From a virus: DNA of 64,000 nt. Both the position numbers and the translations under genes were made by a program. Where the stretch lies: the IMG/VR virus record IMGVR_UViG_3300025121_000776, positions 32,001 through 96,000 of that record. The stretch is one strand, 5' to 3'. Below, piece after piece: positions 1 through 9,249 of the stretch (within the stretch, counting starts at the first letter, position 1; each line of letters starts with the position of its first letter). The notes beneath the pieces are model-generated. The model worked only from the letters and a program-made list of their open reading frames with translations, had not been told where the DNA came from and did not search any database.

Positions 1-1
1 A

Positions 2-238
2 AAAGGAGAATATTTTCCTCATGGACACATTACTTTTGATGATGTGACAAAGCTTTTAGATATAGCACAGCAAATTTATTCTGATACAATAATTTGTCCT
101 CTTTCAGAAACTCGCATAGAAGAAACTCAAGTAGAAAGAGTTAATAGAATTAAAAAACCAAGACGTAGCATAGTTTCAGCAAGTTTTAAATCATCGAAAC
201 CTAAAAAAATCAATAAAAAAGAAAGAAAAGTTAAATAA
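2..238 (+). CDS. 3' end of a hypothetical protein with a basic C-terminus (starts before the window)
   Basis: Frame is open from position 2 (KGEYFPHGHITFDDVTKLLD...) to TAA at 238; the GTG at 44 is probably internal. Confidence 0.6.
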   Translation, partial: KGEYFPHGHITFDDVTKLLDIAQQIYSDTIICPLSETRIEETQVERVNRIKKPRRSIVSASFKSSKPKKINKKERKVK

Positions 239-298
239 CCGTTTATTTTACTTTAAAAAATAAATATAATTAATTTAAATAACTGAAAAAAATATCAT

Positions 299-1483
299 AT
301 GGAAGAACAAGTGATTGAAAAAACTCAGATAGACCACAATGAATTGGTTGAATCTGTAATTGAAAAAGTAAGAACTAATAAATCAAAGTATTATTTTTAC
401 TGCCCACCTCTTAATACTGCAAGTGGCGGAATTGGAGTACTAATTAAATTAGCTAGAATTTTAAAAACTGAGGGTTATGATTCTAAAATCGTATTTGAGC
501 CCAGACAAGACCAAAAGGCTTCTTATGAGGAATCAAAAAAACACAATAAGCAAGTTGATATTTTTGAAAAGTTTAATCCAACTTGGTTAGATTTCGATTA
601 TTCTGATATCGAATTTCTTCCTTTGGGAGATAAGGCAATTACTTACAATGATGGTACAAAACAAGAATGTGCTGCTTTAAATGTAAACCCAGAAGATTTT
701 TTCATTATTCCAGAAGGGTTTCCAAATGTAATGAAAAAAACTATGCAGGTTGCATGTAAAAAAATCGTTTTAGCACAAAGTTGGTTTTATGTCCTTAACG
801 CCTTAAATACTGGTGAAAACTGGCAAAGTATGGGTGCCTTTGATGTAATTTCTGTTTCGGCTGCAATTACTGAATATTTAAATACTGTTATGCCTGGCTT
901 AAAAATTAAAAACTTTTCGCAAGGAATTAATAGAAAAATATTTAAAGTTCCTGGAAAAAAATCCAACAAATATCCAATGATTGGATTCATGGGAAGTAGA
1001 GGGCAAGAAAATCAAATGAAAACTTTTAATATTATTAAAACTTTTCAAGCTTTTTATCCACACTTAAGATGGGTTAGATTTATTCAATTAGGAGGATTGT
1101 CTAAAAAAGATTTCGCAGAGAGATTATCAAGTTGCGCATTTGTTTTATACACAGATGATATTGCTGGATTTGGGACTCTTCCTTTAGAGGCGATGGCAAC
1201 TGGAACACACGTTGTTGGGTGGAATGCATATGGAGGAAAAGAGTATGTTACCGCAGAAAATGGATTTTGGACTGTGAATGGAGATATTTTTCAGACAGCA
1301 GAAATTTTAGGCATCGCTATTGATAAATGGTTAAATGGAGAATTGGATGCTGAAGAAATTCAAGAATCATATGAAAAAACCTTATCAAAATACACAGAAG
1401 AAGGTGAAAAAGAAAATATTTTACAAATTATTAACCAATATAAAAACGAAAGAATCAATGAACTTGAAGGACTTAAAAAATAG
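299..1483 (+). CDS. glycosyltransferase, GT-B fold (GT4-like)
   Basis: N-terminal PP...SGGIGV loop; C-terminal F..LSSC.FVL....EGFG-like DIAGFGTLPLEAMATGTHVVG motif typical of GT4 donor-binding sites. Confidence 0.8.
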   Translation: MEEQVIEKTQIDHNELVESVIEKVRTNKSKYYFYCPPLNTASGGIGVLIKLARILKTEGYDSKIVFEPRQDQKASYEESKKHNKQVDIFEKFNPTWLDFDYSDIEFLPLGDKAITYNDGTKQECAALNVNPEDFFIIPEGFPNVMKKTMQVACKKIVLAQSWFYVLNALNTGENWQSMGAFDVISVSAAITEYLNTVMPGLKIKNFSQGINRKIFKVPGKKSNKYPMIGFMGSRGQENQMKTFNIIKTFQAFYPHLRWVRFIQLGGLSKKDFAERLSSCAFVLYTDDIAGFGTLPLEAMATGTHVVGWNAYGGKEYVTAENGFWTVNGDIFQTAEILGIAIDKWLNGELDAEEIQESYEKTLSKYTEEGEKENILQIINQYKNERINELEGLKK

Positions 1484-2396
1484 CAATGTACTTGTCGCTA
1501 TATATATAGATGACTTAAGTAATTTAACAACTTTAGAAGAAACTTTTTATAGTATTTCTAAACAAACACACCCAATAGATTTGTTGGTGTTACATCCAGA
1601 ATTTTCAGAAGACCAACTTAATTCTTTAAAAGAAGCGCTAACCAATCCGAAAATTGTTTTGAGAAAACAAAATGAAAAAAGGGAATTTGAAGAAGAAATT
1701 TTAACAACCGATGAAAAAATTAATTATTTTTTATCAGTTTCTACCGCTGAGTCATTTTCTAAAATATTCAATGATGGATTTAATATCGCCTTAGAAAATG
1801 AATATGAATTCTATTCTGTTATAGAAACAAATGATGTAGTCGGGTTAAATTGGTATTCTCATGCAAATATTTATGCAAAAGAAAACGAAAACATTTCTAT
1901 CTTTTTTCCAATCATTAGGAATACCGTAAATGGAGTTTTTAGTAGTTTAATAAACGAAGCTCCGTGGGCTGAAGGAATGGCTGAAGAGGCAGGAAAAGTA
2001 GATTCAAATTTATTGTCAAGATTTAATTGTATTATTCCACTAAGCGCTATATTCAAAATAAGTATCCTTAAAGAGTACAGTGAACAAAAGCATGATGGAA
2101 AATATTACCCATTTAAAGAAAGTTTAAAAATAAGTCATTATTATGAATTTCTTATGAGGATGGTTTATAATGATGTGAAAGCCATGTGTGTTCCAAGAAT
2201 TGGATACGAGTTTAAAGTAAAAAATTCTGAAACCTTCAAACATACAGGTTGCAAAATTCCTCAAAACTTATCACAAATTCCTATTGATAAAGGTGGAATA
2301 ACACCAGCAGAGGGTAGTTTTTGGATGAGCTTAGCTAAAAAAGAATACTTTTTTGACGAAGATAGGAATAAGGTTTATGAAGAAGCTAAACAGTAA
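1458..2396 (+). CDS. glycosyltransferase, GT-A fold (GT2-like)
   Basis: VLVAIYI...LEETFYSISKQT.PIDLLVL start, SKIFNDGFNIA, divergent ETND at the DxD position, YYEFLMRM; ATG 1458 overlaps the upstream stop, so the ORF-track start at 1335 is probably too early. Confidence 0.7.
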   Translation: MNLKDLKNSNVLVAIYIDDLSNLTTLEETFYSISKQTHPIDLLVLHPEFSEDQLNSLKEALTNPKIVLRKQNEKREFEEEILTTDEKINYFLSVSTAESFSKIFNDGFNIALENEYEFYSVIETNDVVGLNWYSHANIYAKENENISIFFPIIRNTVNGVFSSLINEAPWAEGMAEEAGKVDSNLLSRFNCIIPLSAIFKISILKEYSEQKHDGKYYPFKESLKISHYYEFLMRMVYNDVKAMCVPRIGYEFKVKNSETFKHTGCKIPQNLSQIPIDKGGITPAEGSFWMSLAKKEYFFDEDRNKVYEEAKQ

Positions 2397-3423
2397 AAAA
2401 AAGTCAGAGCAAGACTTTGATAAGGTTTGTGAAAAAGATTCTGTACTTTTTTTAAATGAAGGAACTGAAGAAAGAGTTAATTTAGGTGAAGAATTAAAGT
2501 TACATAATGATTTAACAAAAGAGCCATCTAACTCTTTATCTGAAGACCTTGAAGATGAAGAGTTAATTTTAGAATCTGACATTAGAGCTGAGGCAGATGA
2601 GTTAATACTTGACGAAAAAAGCATCAAAACATATTGGACCGATGAAACTGAAGATGGAATTGTTGAGTTTTTATATTTGAATGAGTTTTTTTATGAAAAC
2701 AGAATAAAAGAAGAACACGAAGATGCAGTAAAAGAGAAGCGACCAGTAAATAAATCTTATTGTAGGGATATGGAAATGAAAATGGAGGCAGTCTTGCAAA
2801 TACAAGACCGTTATTCTCAAAGGGAAAAAATATTTAGACAAAAAATAGAAACTCCTCTTAGAAAATTGGTAGAAAACATTCTTTTTAATTATAGGTTGTT
2901 TATCCCAGATTCAGATTCGAAAACTCAGCAAAAAGATTGTTTTACTTTTTTATATCTCAAGTTTTCAAATTTTAATCCCTGGCGAAAAACAAAATCGTTT
3001 TCATATTTTGGCACAATAGCAAAACATTATTTTTTAGGAAATAAAAAAGAATATTCTAAAAATGTAAAGATTCTATATGATTATGATACAAACAAAGAGG
3101 AAGCTGATAATAAAAAAATAGAAGACCCAAAGCCATATGCAAAAGAGGATACGTCATTAGATTTGTTTAATTTCATTATAAACTCCATAGAAACCGAACT
3201 AAACAAAAATTCTTTATCAAAAAATGACCAAAAGGTTGGAGATGCAATCATTCAAATATTTAAAAATCACGAAATTTTGGGGGTTTACAACAAAAATCAG
3301 GTTTATCAACTAATAAAAGAAAACACAGGGCTAGAAACAAAGGATATTACATATTCTTTGCACAGATTCAGAATAGTATATAAAGTATTAAAACAAGAAT
3401 TTGTACAAAAAAAAGAAGATTAA
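2377..3423 (+). CDS. phage RNA polymerase sigma factor (T4 gp55-like late sigma)
   Basis: Region-2-like PLRKLVENILFNY...DCFTFLYLKFSNFNP..KTKSFSYFGTIAKHYF; probable start ATG 2377 overlapping the GT2 stop. Confidence 0.7.
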   Translation: MKKLNSKKKSEQDFDKVCEKDSVLFLNEGTEERVNLGEELKLHNDLTKEPSNSLSEDLEDEELILESDIRAEADELILDEKSIKTYWTDETEDGIVEFLYLNEFFYENRIKEEHEDAVKEKRPVNKSYCRDMEMKMEAVLQIQDRYSQREKIFRQKIETPLRKLVENILFNYRLFIPDSDSKTQQKDCFTFLYLKFSNFNPWRKTKSFSYFGTIAKHYFLGNKKEYSKNVKILYDYDTNKEEADNKKIEDPKPYAKEDTSLDLFNFIINSIETELNKNSLSKNDQKVGDAIIQIFKNHEILGVYNKNQVYQLIKENTGLETKDITYSLHRFRIVYKVLKQEFVQKKED

Positions 3424-3441
3424 TATTTTTTTTTTAGCCAT

Positions 3442-3450
3442 ATATTTATA
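3442..3450 (+). promoter_or_regulatory. putative phage late promoter core ATATTTATA (representative copy)
   Basis: Exact sense-oriented copies shortly upstream of starts at 3442, 8828, 26447, 29517, 40896, 42079, 46524, 53083, 56508, 59514 (+) and 8756, 24276, 31941, 59440 (-). Confidence 0.55.
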
Positions 3451-3464
3451 TAAAAATTAAAACT

Positions 3465-3851
3465 ATGGCTGAAAAATTAGAAATTTCAAAAGATGGCTAC
3501 TTAAATCTAGTAAAAAGAGTTTTCGACAATAAGCTTGAAGAACGAGAACTTGCTTTAGATAGATATAGAAAAGCCGATGACCAAATGGAATCTGCTGAGC
3601 AATTTATGCTAATGGGAAAAAATGCTGTTGCTTTTTTAAACTTAGCATCAATTTCCACAAACGATTTAGCAGCTCTTGCCAAAGAAATAAAAAGCATTGT
3701 TTATAAAAGTGAGGGGGGCGATGATGCTGGCTTTAACTTGTCAGATGAATGGAAAGATGCTATTAGCGAAAAAATAGAGGAAGCTGAAAAGCGAAGTACA
3801 AGAAGAGATGATATTGAAAATGATGAACCACAATCAATCCCTTTAAAATAA
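3465..3851 (+). CDS. hypothetical helical protein
   Basis: 128-aa ORF preceded by ATATTTATA at 3442-3450. Confidence 0.6.
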   Translation: MAEKLEISKDGYLNLVKRVFDNKLEERELALDRYRKADDQMESAEQFMLMGKNAVAFLNLASISTNDLAALAKEIKSIVYKSEGGDDAGFNLSDEWKDAISEKIEEAEKRSTRRDDIENDEPQSIPLK

Positions 3852-5320
3852 TGGCATATACAATTCCTTTAGACCAGCCCCTAAGTGAAACTCAAGCTAA
3901 ATTAATTGCTCAAGTTGGGTCAATGAAAAATCTTGCTGATTTGCCTTTTTTGAAAAAATTTAAAACCTTTTTTAAACAGGGAGATGGCATGTCTTTATTT
4001 GATTATTTAATGAAAGTTTTAAGGTCAATGGGTATTGACTCTCAAATTTTATTATCAGCTTTCCTTAATGATTTATTTAGAACCGAAAAGCTAGTTGAGT
4101 TGATTTTAAGAGCAGTGAGTCAGTTGGCTACGGTTGCAAAAGTTAAATTAAATCAAGACCCAAGTATTATATTTATCATTCCAACTGGAACTATGACAAA
4201 TGATGAAAAAAAAGCATTATCTGATATAAATTACAATTGGTTAAATTCTGGACTTATAAAACAAACTTTGACAACACTTGTAGGTGTTGTCAAAATTAGA
4301 ATTATTCAAGAACTTATGATTCTAATTTTTGGAAAACCGAAAAAAAACGAAGCTGCTTTTGGTAGTGACAACGCATTAACTTATAACCAAACAAGATTCA
4401 GTGAACTTATGGACGAGGCGGTTTGTGGAAGTTCAATCTTTAGTGTATCAAGTTCAGCAAATGTTAGAAATGAAGATTTAGAATATAATAGACTTAAAAA
4501 AATAGAACAAATACAAAATGGAAATCTTTCATTTAAGGTGACTTGCCAAGGCGTTGAAATCACTTTGCCAGATGACCCAATGTATTTATTTAGAGATGCT
4601 CCACCAGGAATTATGGGCTCTCAGCCAGTAACTCCACAAGAAGCAATGACAAATGTATTTAACATTGTCGGAAATCAAATTCAAAAAGGAACATCTGGGG
4701 ATAGCAGCCAATCAAATGCAAGCTCTGGGGCAAAAAGTTTTACTCAAAGTTTTCTTGAAACTTTAGTTACTTCTATAACAACTTTGTTAAAACCAATTTT
4801 TTTAGGAATAACAGCTATGGTACCAGGTTCGCCTGCATCAATGGGGATTACTGGAGATGCCTATGATATGTTAAAAGATGGTTTGTTAATGTTTATATTT
4901 AACAATTCTACACAACCAAACTATGGAGGTCTTGAGACAATAGATTATCACCCATATTCAAGTTGTGATATTTTAAGAAATAAATTAGATAAAAACAACT
5001 TAGATGATACTCAGAAGAAAAAAACAGCTTTAACAACTATATTGTGTAATTTAATTTTAAACATGGTTTTGGGGTTTATTTTAGCATATGTTCTTGAAAA
5101 AGTTAAAAAATTAATTGTAAAATATATAGTTAAAAGAGCACAAGAAAGGATAAAGAGAAAAATTGAAAAAATGAAAGCTAAATTAGACGAAAAAACTGGT
5201 GGAAGGCAAAGAAGAAAAGTGGAAAAATCTGCGAGACAAGTTAAATTAATGAAGAAAGTTATTCCTGTGTTAAGTGTTGCAAAAAATTCAGTTATTAACA
5301 ATATAAATATCAATTCTTAA
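3851..5320 (+). CDS. hypothetical virion-module protein
   Basis: 489-aa ORF translationally coupled to the upstream gene (TAATG), directly upstream of the spike gene. Confidence 0.55.
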   Translation: MAYTIPLDQPLSETQAKLIAQVGSMKNLADLPFLKKFKTFFKQGDGMSLFDYLMKVLRSMGIDSQILLSAFLNDLFRTEKLVELILRAVSQLATVAKVKLNQDPSIIFIIPTGTMTNDEKKALSDINYNWLNSGLIKQTLTTLVGVVKIRIIQELMILIFGKPKKNEAAFGSDNALTYNQTRFSELMDEAVCGSSIFSVSSSANVRNEDLEYNRLKKIEQIQNGNLSFKVTCQGVEITLPDDPMYLFRDAPPGIMGSQPVTPQEAMTNVFNIVGNQIQKGTSGDSSQSNASSGAKSFTQSFLETLVTSITTLLKPIFLGITAMVPGSPASMGITGDAYDMLKDGLLMFIFNNSTQPNYGGLETIDYHPYSSCDILRNKLDKNNLDDTQKKKTALTTILCNLILNMVLGFILAYVLEKVKKLIVKYIVKRAQERIKRKIEKMKAKLDEKTGGRQRRKVEKSARQVKLMKKVIPVLSVAKNSVINNININS

Positions 5321-5323
5321 TTT

Positions 5324-5740
5324 ATGGCATTTATAAATATAGACCCCAGTTTAGATATTGCAGAAGAAATTGCTGATTTATTAATGACTTTCATTAGTGA
5401 TAGTGTTGAATTTAATAGAAATTTGACAGTTTACGAAATATTGGCTCAAAAAATAAGACCAGGTTTAAATTCTGAAATTTTAGCAAACTCAATCGTTTCA
5501 AGATTTAAAGAAATTGGAATACCAACTGGACCTCTTGTTAATGGCGCTACAAATGTTATGGAAGCTTTTGTGGTTATTATATGTGAAGAGATTATTAATA
5601 CTTTACAAGATGATATGAGGGTTGATATTGGTATTTTTCCAGGTGGAACCGTTAATGCAAATGGTGCTAATGCTGGAGGACCAGTTGTTTCTATTGGAAC
5701 AACCATAACTGCACAACAAGGAATTGGAATAGCAAGATAA
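5324..5740 (+). CDS. hypothetical baseplate-associated protein with Gly-rich C-terminus
   Basis: 138-aa ORF with GIPTGPL and PGGTVNANGANAGGPV; adjacent to the spike gene. Confidence 0.5.
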   Translation: MAFINIDPSLDIAEEIADLLMTFISDSVEFNRNLTVYEILAQKIRPGLNSEILANSIVSRFKEIGIPTGPLVNGATNVMEAFVVIICEEIINTLQDDMRVDIGIFPGGTVNANGANAGGPVVSIGTTITAQQGIGIAR

Positions 5741-5741
5741 T

Positions 5742-5969
5742 ATGGATAAAAAAACTAAAGCGGAACTTCTCGAAGAGGTTAGGAATTTAGCAGACAAGCA
5801 TGCTGAATTAAAATCAACAATTACAGAAATGCTTGACGAGGCAGAAAAAAAGAAGCTTGAATATGATAAAATTATTGAATTAAAGTCGATAGTTACAGAA
5901 ATATTAAGCGAGATAGACAAAATAGAATTAGAATATAGCAGAGTTGTTGAGGAAATTAAAAAAAATTAA
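5742..5969 (+). CDS. small coiled-coil protein
   Basis: 75 aa, heptad pattern, tightly packed in the operon. Confidence 0.55.
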   Translation: MDKKTKAELLEEVRNLADKHAELKSTITEMLDEAEKKKLEYDKIIELKSIVTEILSEIDKIELEYSRVVEEIKKN

Positions 5970-5971
5970 TT

Positions 5972-7315
5972 ATGCCAGGAATTGACAGTATATCAAAAAG
6001 CAGCTTACAAAAGAACGGAGTAGGAGATTATAGTGCAAATATTGGAAGCGATAGAGCAATTTATCCAGCTATAGTTGTTCCATATGGCACAAATGATAAT
6101 TCAGAACAAAATAGAATAAGGGCAAGAATTGTTGAAGTGGATGAAAATGGAAAAATAAAAGGAAAAACAGATTCAACTCCTAAAGCTGCAGATGGAATAG
6201 AAAACTATAACAATTATTCTGGCAAAGACAGAGGAATAAATGATGAAAATCTTGTTTTGTGTATTCCGCTTTTGCCAGAATTTTTTCACGTAAGGCCACA
6301 AGTCGGGGAAATGGTTTTTGTTATTTTAGAAAATCCCAAAGATACCGCTGGAGCAAGATATTGGATTGGCCCTATTATATCATCTAAACTTAAATTAGAG
6401 TCTCAATTATATGAAGATGCCGTTAAAATATTTAACAAAACGGATTTTATCTCAAATACTAAAACCAGTAGTTCTATTGAATTAACAAACCTTCTTCCTA
6501 GCGAATCTGACGTAGCATTGCAAGGTAGAAATGATGCGGATTTGATGCTTAAAAACAGAGAGCTATTACTTGTTTCTGGAAAATTTAATAATAGAAAAAG
6601 TGGAAATTTAACTATAAACACAGATTCTCCTTCTTTTCTAAGACTTAAACAATTTGATAATTTAAATATACAAACACCAATTCCTCCACCTTCTGTTATA
6701 ATTTATGGTATTAGCGCCGATGTAATGATAGACACAAATGGTTTATTTATAGGAACAATTGTCGTAACACATTTAACAAGTAACGGAGAATTAAAAAGAG
6801 AAACAAACTCTTATTCAAATAGAAAATTTATTATTGATTGGCTAAAAGAAAAAATTAAAGAGGCAAAAGAAAAATATAAAGGGTGGAAATTTTCTTCTAA
6901 TGCTGATGAATTTAAAACGGAACCAGCAAATGCTAACATAAAACCAACGCCTACTCCAACTACATCGCCACCAACAAGTAATCAGCAATTGTTACAAAAA
7001 TTTTCTCAAGCGACATTATTGTCAACCAATATTAACATTTATTCTCCGAGGGGGAAATTTAGAGGAAATGATTTAAAAAATTTTGAAAAAAATGCAGATT
7101 TAAAATCTTTTGGTGAATTTGCAGACACATTACATCCAGCTATTTTTGGAGACGAAGTAGTTAGATTGTTTGATATTATAATTAAACTGTTATTAACACA
7201 CATTCACACACCTCAAATGCCCCTTTTAACAACTGCATTAGCCGATGAGTTAAAAAAATACACAGTAGACGGATATCTACAGAATCTATTATCTTATCAT
7301 GTTAGAATTAATTAA
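5972..7315 (+). CDS. baseplate central spike / hub (T4 gp5/VgrG-like)
   Basis: N-terminal OB-fold pattern (RIRARI...CIPLLP..FHVRPQVGEMVFV...RYWIGP) and C-terminal HIH metal-binding apex motif (LLTHIHTP). Confidence 0.7.
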   Translation: MPGIDSISKSSLQKNGVGDYSANIGSDRAIYPAIVVPYGTNDNSEQNRIRARIVEVDENGKIKGKTDSTPKAADGIENYNNYSGKDRGINDENLVLCIPLLPEFFHVRPQVGEMVFVILENPKDTAGARYWIGPIISSKLKLESQLYEDAVKIFNKTDFISNTKTSSSIELTNLLPSESDVALQGRNDADLMLKNRELLLVSGKFNNRKSGNLTINTDSPSFLRLKQFDNLNIQTPIPPPSVIIYGISADVMIDTNGLFIGTIVVTHLTSNGELKRETNSYSNRKFIIDWLKEKIKEAKEKYKGWKFSSNADEFKTEPANANIKPTPTPTTSPPTSNQQLLQKFSQATLLSTNINIYSPRGKFRGNDLKNFEKNADLKSFGEFADTLHPAIFGDEVVRLFDIIIKLLLTHIHTPQMPLLTTALADELKKYTVDGYLQNLLSYHVRIN

Positions 7316-8742
7316 AATGGTTTTATAACTCTAAAATCCAATCGCTCTGGCATAACTCTACTGGTACCCATTTCATTAATTTTAAAACTTATTTGATATG
7401 TTTGATTTTGTAAAAACCACGAAGCATCTATATCAAAATAATTCGTTTTACAATCATCTATAACAGCTTGATTAACTTCAGTCCACGGAATTATTTCATT
7501 TAGACTATTCATTATTATTCTATATTGTAATGAATATGATGTTGATGGCTTGTTTGTACTAAAATTCACTCTTAAATCACAGTAAACTCTTATTTTATCG
7601 TCTTGATGAAGAATTGCACCTTGTTCTAACCCATAAGGTTCAAGAACATATTCGTTTATAGTTGGTATATTAGATGTAAAATAATTGTTTTGTATCTGAA
7701 ATGTTTGTGAAATGTTTTGATTATCATAATTGCTAAAACTTACATTATTCCAAACATCTGTATATTTTTGTCCAGCAGTTGCTGCAGACATCCAAACATT
7801 TATATAATAAGTTCCTGTACACAATTGACTTGGAGTTAAACCAGAATATCCAGATACAATTGTGTTTCCTAATTTTATATCAACTGTAACAGCTGTCAGA
7901 TTTGCAATGTTTACAAAATTATGACCGCTAAAAGTATACAAAAATAGATTAGATGGTCTATTGTTGGCAACTTGTTTTCTATCATCTTGAATAACTTGAC
8001 TATAACCAACTTCAATGAATGGTTTAAATGCTGTGTTTGTTTTTTCTGTAAAAAAAGAAGAAATATATCTTGTATCTGTACTGAGTAATTCATAATCTGT
8101 TCTGTAAGCTATACCAAAACCATAATTTTCAGAACCACCACTTAACCAATTTCTCACTATATCTGTAACATCAAAATCTATATCTTCATTACCAAGGTCA
8201 AAGTGTTGAGTAGAATAAAACGTTACTGCAGTTGAGGCTGTGGGATTTGTAAACACACCTGGGTCATCCCAATCACTCGTAGATGTTGCTGATATCCAGT
8301 TGGAAACTCCAGAATACATTGGATTTCCATTTTGCTTAACGATATAATATTCTTGCATTAAATCATAGCCTCTACCTTCTTCCCAATCTTTGTTTATAGG
8401 GAAACAAATTAAATCAAAAGAAGTGGCAATTTTTTTTCTTAAAATATCATGCTCATATTCATCTTCAAGAATAGAATCTTTTGGAATTGAGTTTTCTAAT
8501 TTTAATTTATATGAAGTTATAAAAGATTCGTTTATTTCTTTTATGCTCATTTTTTGTTGTAGATTAGTTAAATCAAATTTAACTAAAAATCTACTTATTG
8601 AATTTCTTTTATCTGGTGCAGTATCAGTTCCTCCGCCACCATACCATAAATCTGTAACAGCATTTTGACCAGAGTTTAATGAACTAAAGCTGCTACTAGC
8701 AATTGTATTGCTTTTTGAAGGGTAAATTCTAAAAATTGACAT
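7312..8742 (-). CDS. virion structural protein with DNRLRE-like beta-sandwich
   Basis: SRFLVKFDL, WEEGRG, FDVTDIVRNWLSG..NYGFGI pattern; convergent with the spike gene; late motif at 8756-8764. Confidence 0.55.
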   Translation of the reverse strand: MSIFRIYPSKSNTIASSSFSSLNSGQNAVTDLWYGGGGTDTAPDKRNSISRFLVKFDLTNLQQKMSIKEINESFITSYKLKLENSIPKDSILEDEYEHDILRKKIATSFDLICFPINKDWEEGRGYDLMQEYYIVKQNGNPMYSGVSNWISATSTSDWDDPGVFTNPTASTAVTFYSTQHFDLGNEDIDFDVTDIVRNWLSGGSENYGFGIAYRTDYELLSTDTRYISSFFTEKTNTAFKPFIEVGYSQVIQDDRKQVANNRPSNLFLYTFSGHNFVNIANLTAVTVDIKLGNTIVSGYSGLTPSQLCTGTYYINVWMSAATAGQKYTDVWNNVSFSNYDNQNISQTFQIQNNYFTSNIPTINEYVLEPYGLEQGAILHQDDKIRVYCDLRVNFSTNKPSTSYSLQYRIIMNSLNEIIPWTEVNQAVIDDCKTNYFDIDASWFLQNQTYQISFKINEMGTSRVMPERLDFRVIKPF

Positions 8743-8855
8743 TTTGTTTTTTTATTATAAATATCTTACTTTATTGTTTTTTTGGCATGCATAATAATAA
8801 ATATAAATGTTTATTTTTTTTTGGATAATATTTATATTAAAATAACAATAAAGCT

Positions 8856-9236
8856 ATGGAATCACTAGGAATAAAATTCCCATTTACTGAAACATATGAC
8901 GGTGGAATAATAGGAGTCACGCAGACTGATATTCAAAAAACAAAATCTGATTTATTAGCGTTTCTTGTACTTAAAAGAGGACAAAGGCCTATGCACAATT
9001 CTTTATATTCCCCTATATATGATTATATAATGGAGGTTTGGGATGAGATGACTGAAACAAGTTTAAATGATGATTTGAGACAGAAACTCAATGATTTTTT
9101 TCCAGAAATAGAGGTTAATAATATTGCTTATAGCTTTGAAGAGGCAGAAAATCTCTTACATATAACTATTTATTATACAATTATTGACTTAAAAGTAAAA
9201 GATAATGTTTCTTTGGACTTAGTTCTTGAATCTTAA
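8856..9236 (+). CDS. baseplate wedge protein, gp25/GPW-like
   Basis: GIKFPF...KSDLLAFLVLKRGQRPMH...FFPEIEVNNI; 126 aa; directly before the gp6-like gene. Confidence 0.8.
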   Translation: MESLGIKFPFTETYDGGIIGVTQTDIQKTKSDLLAFLVLKRGQRPMHNSLYSPIYDYIMEVWDEMTETSLNDDLRQKLNDFFPEIEVNNIAYSFEEAENLLHITIYYTIIDLKVKDNVSLDLVLES

Positions 9237-9249
9237 AAAAAAATAAAAA

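Noticed and set aside
1335-1457. N-terminal extension of the GT2 protein
   Set aside because: It overlaps the GT4 coding region by about 150 nt; ATG 1458 gives a normal short overlap and a typical GT2 N-terminus
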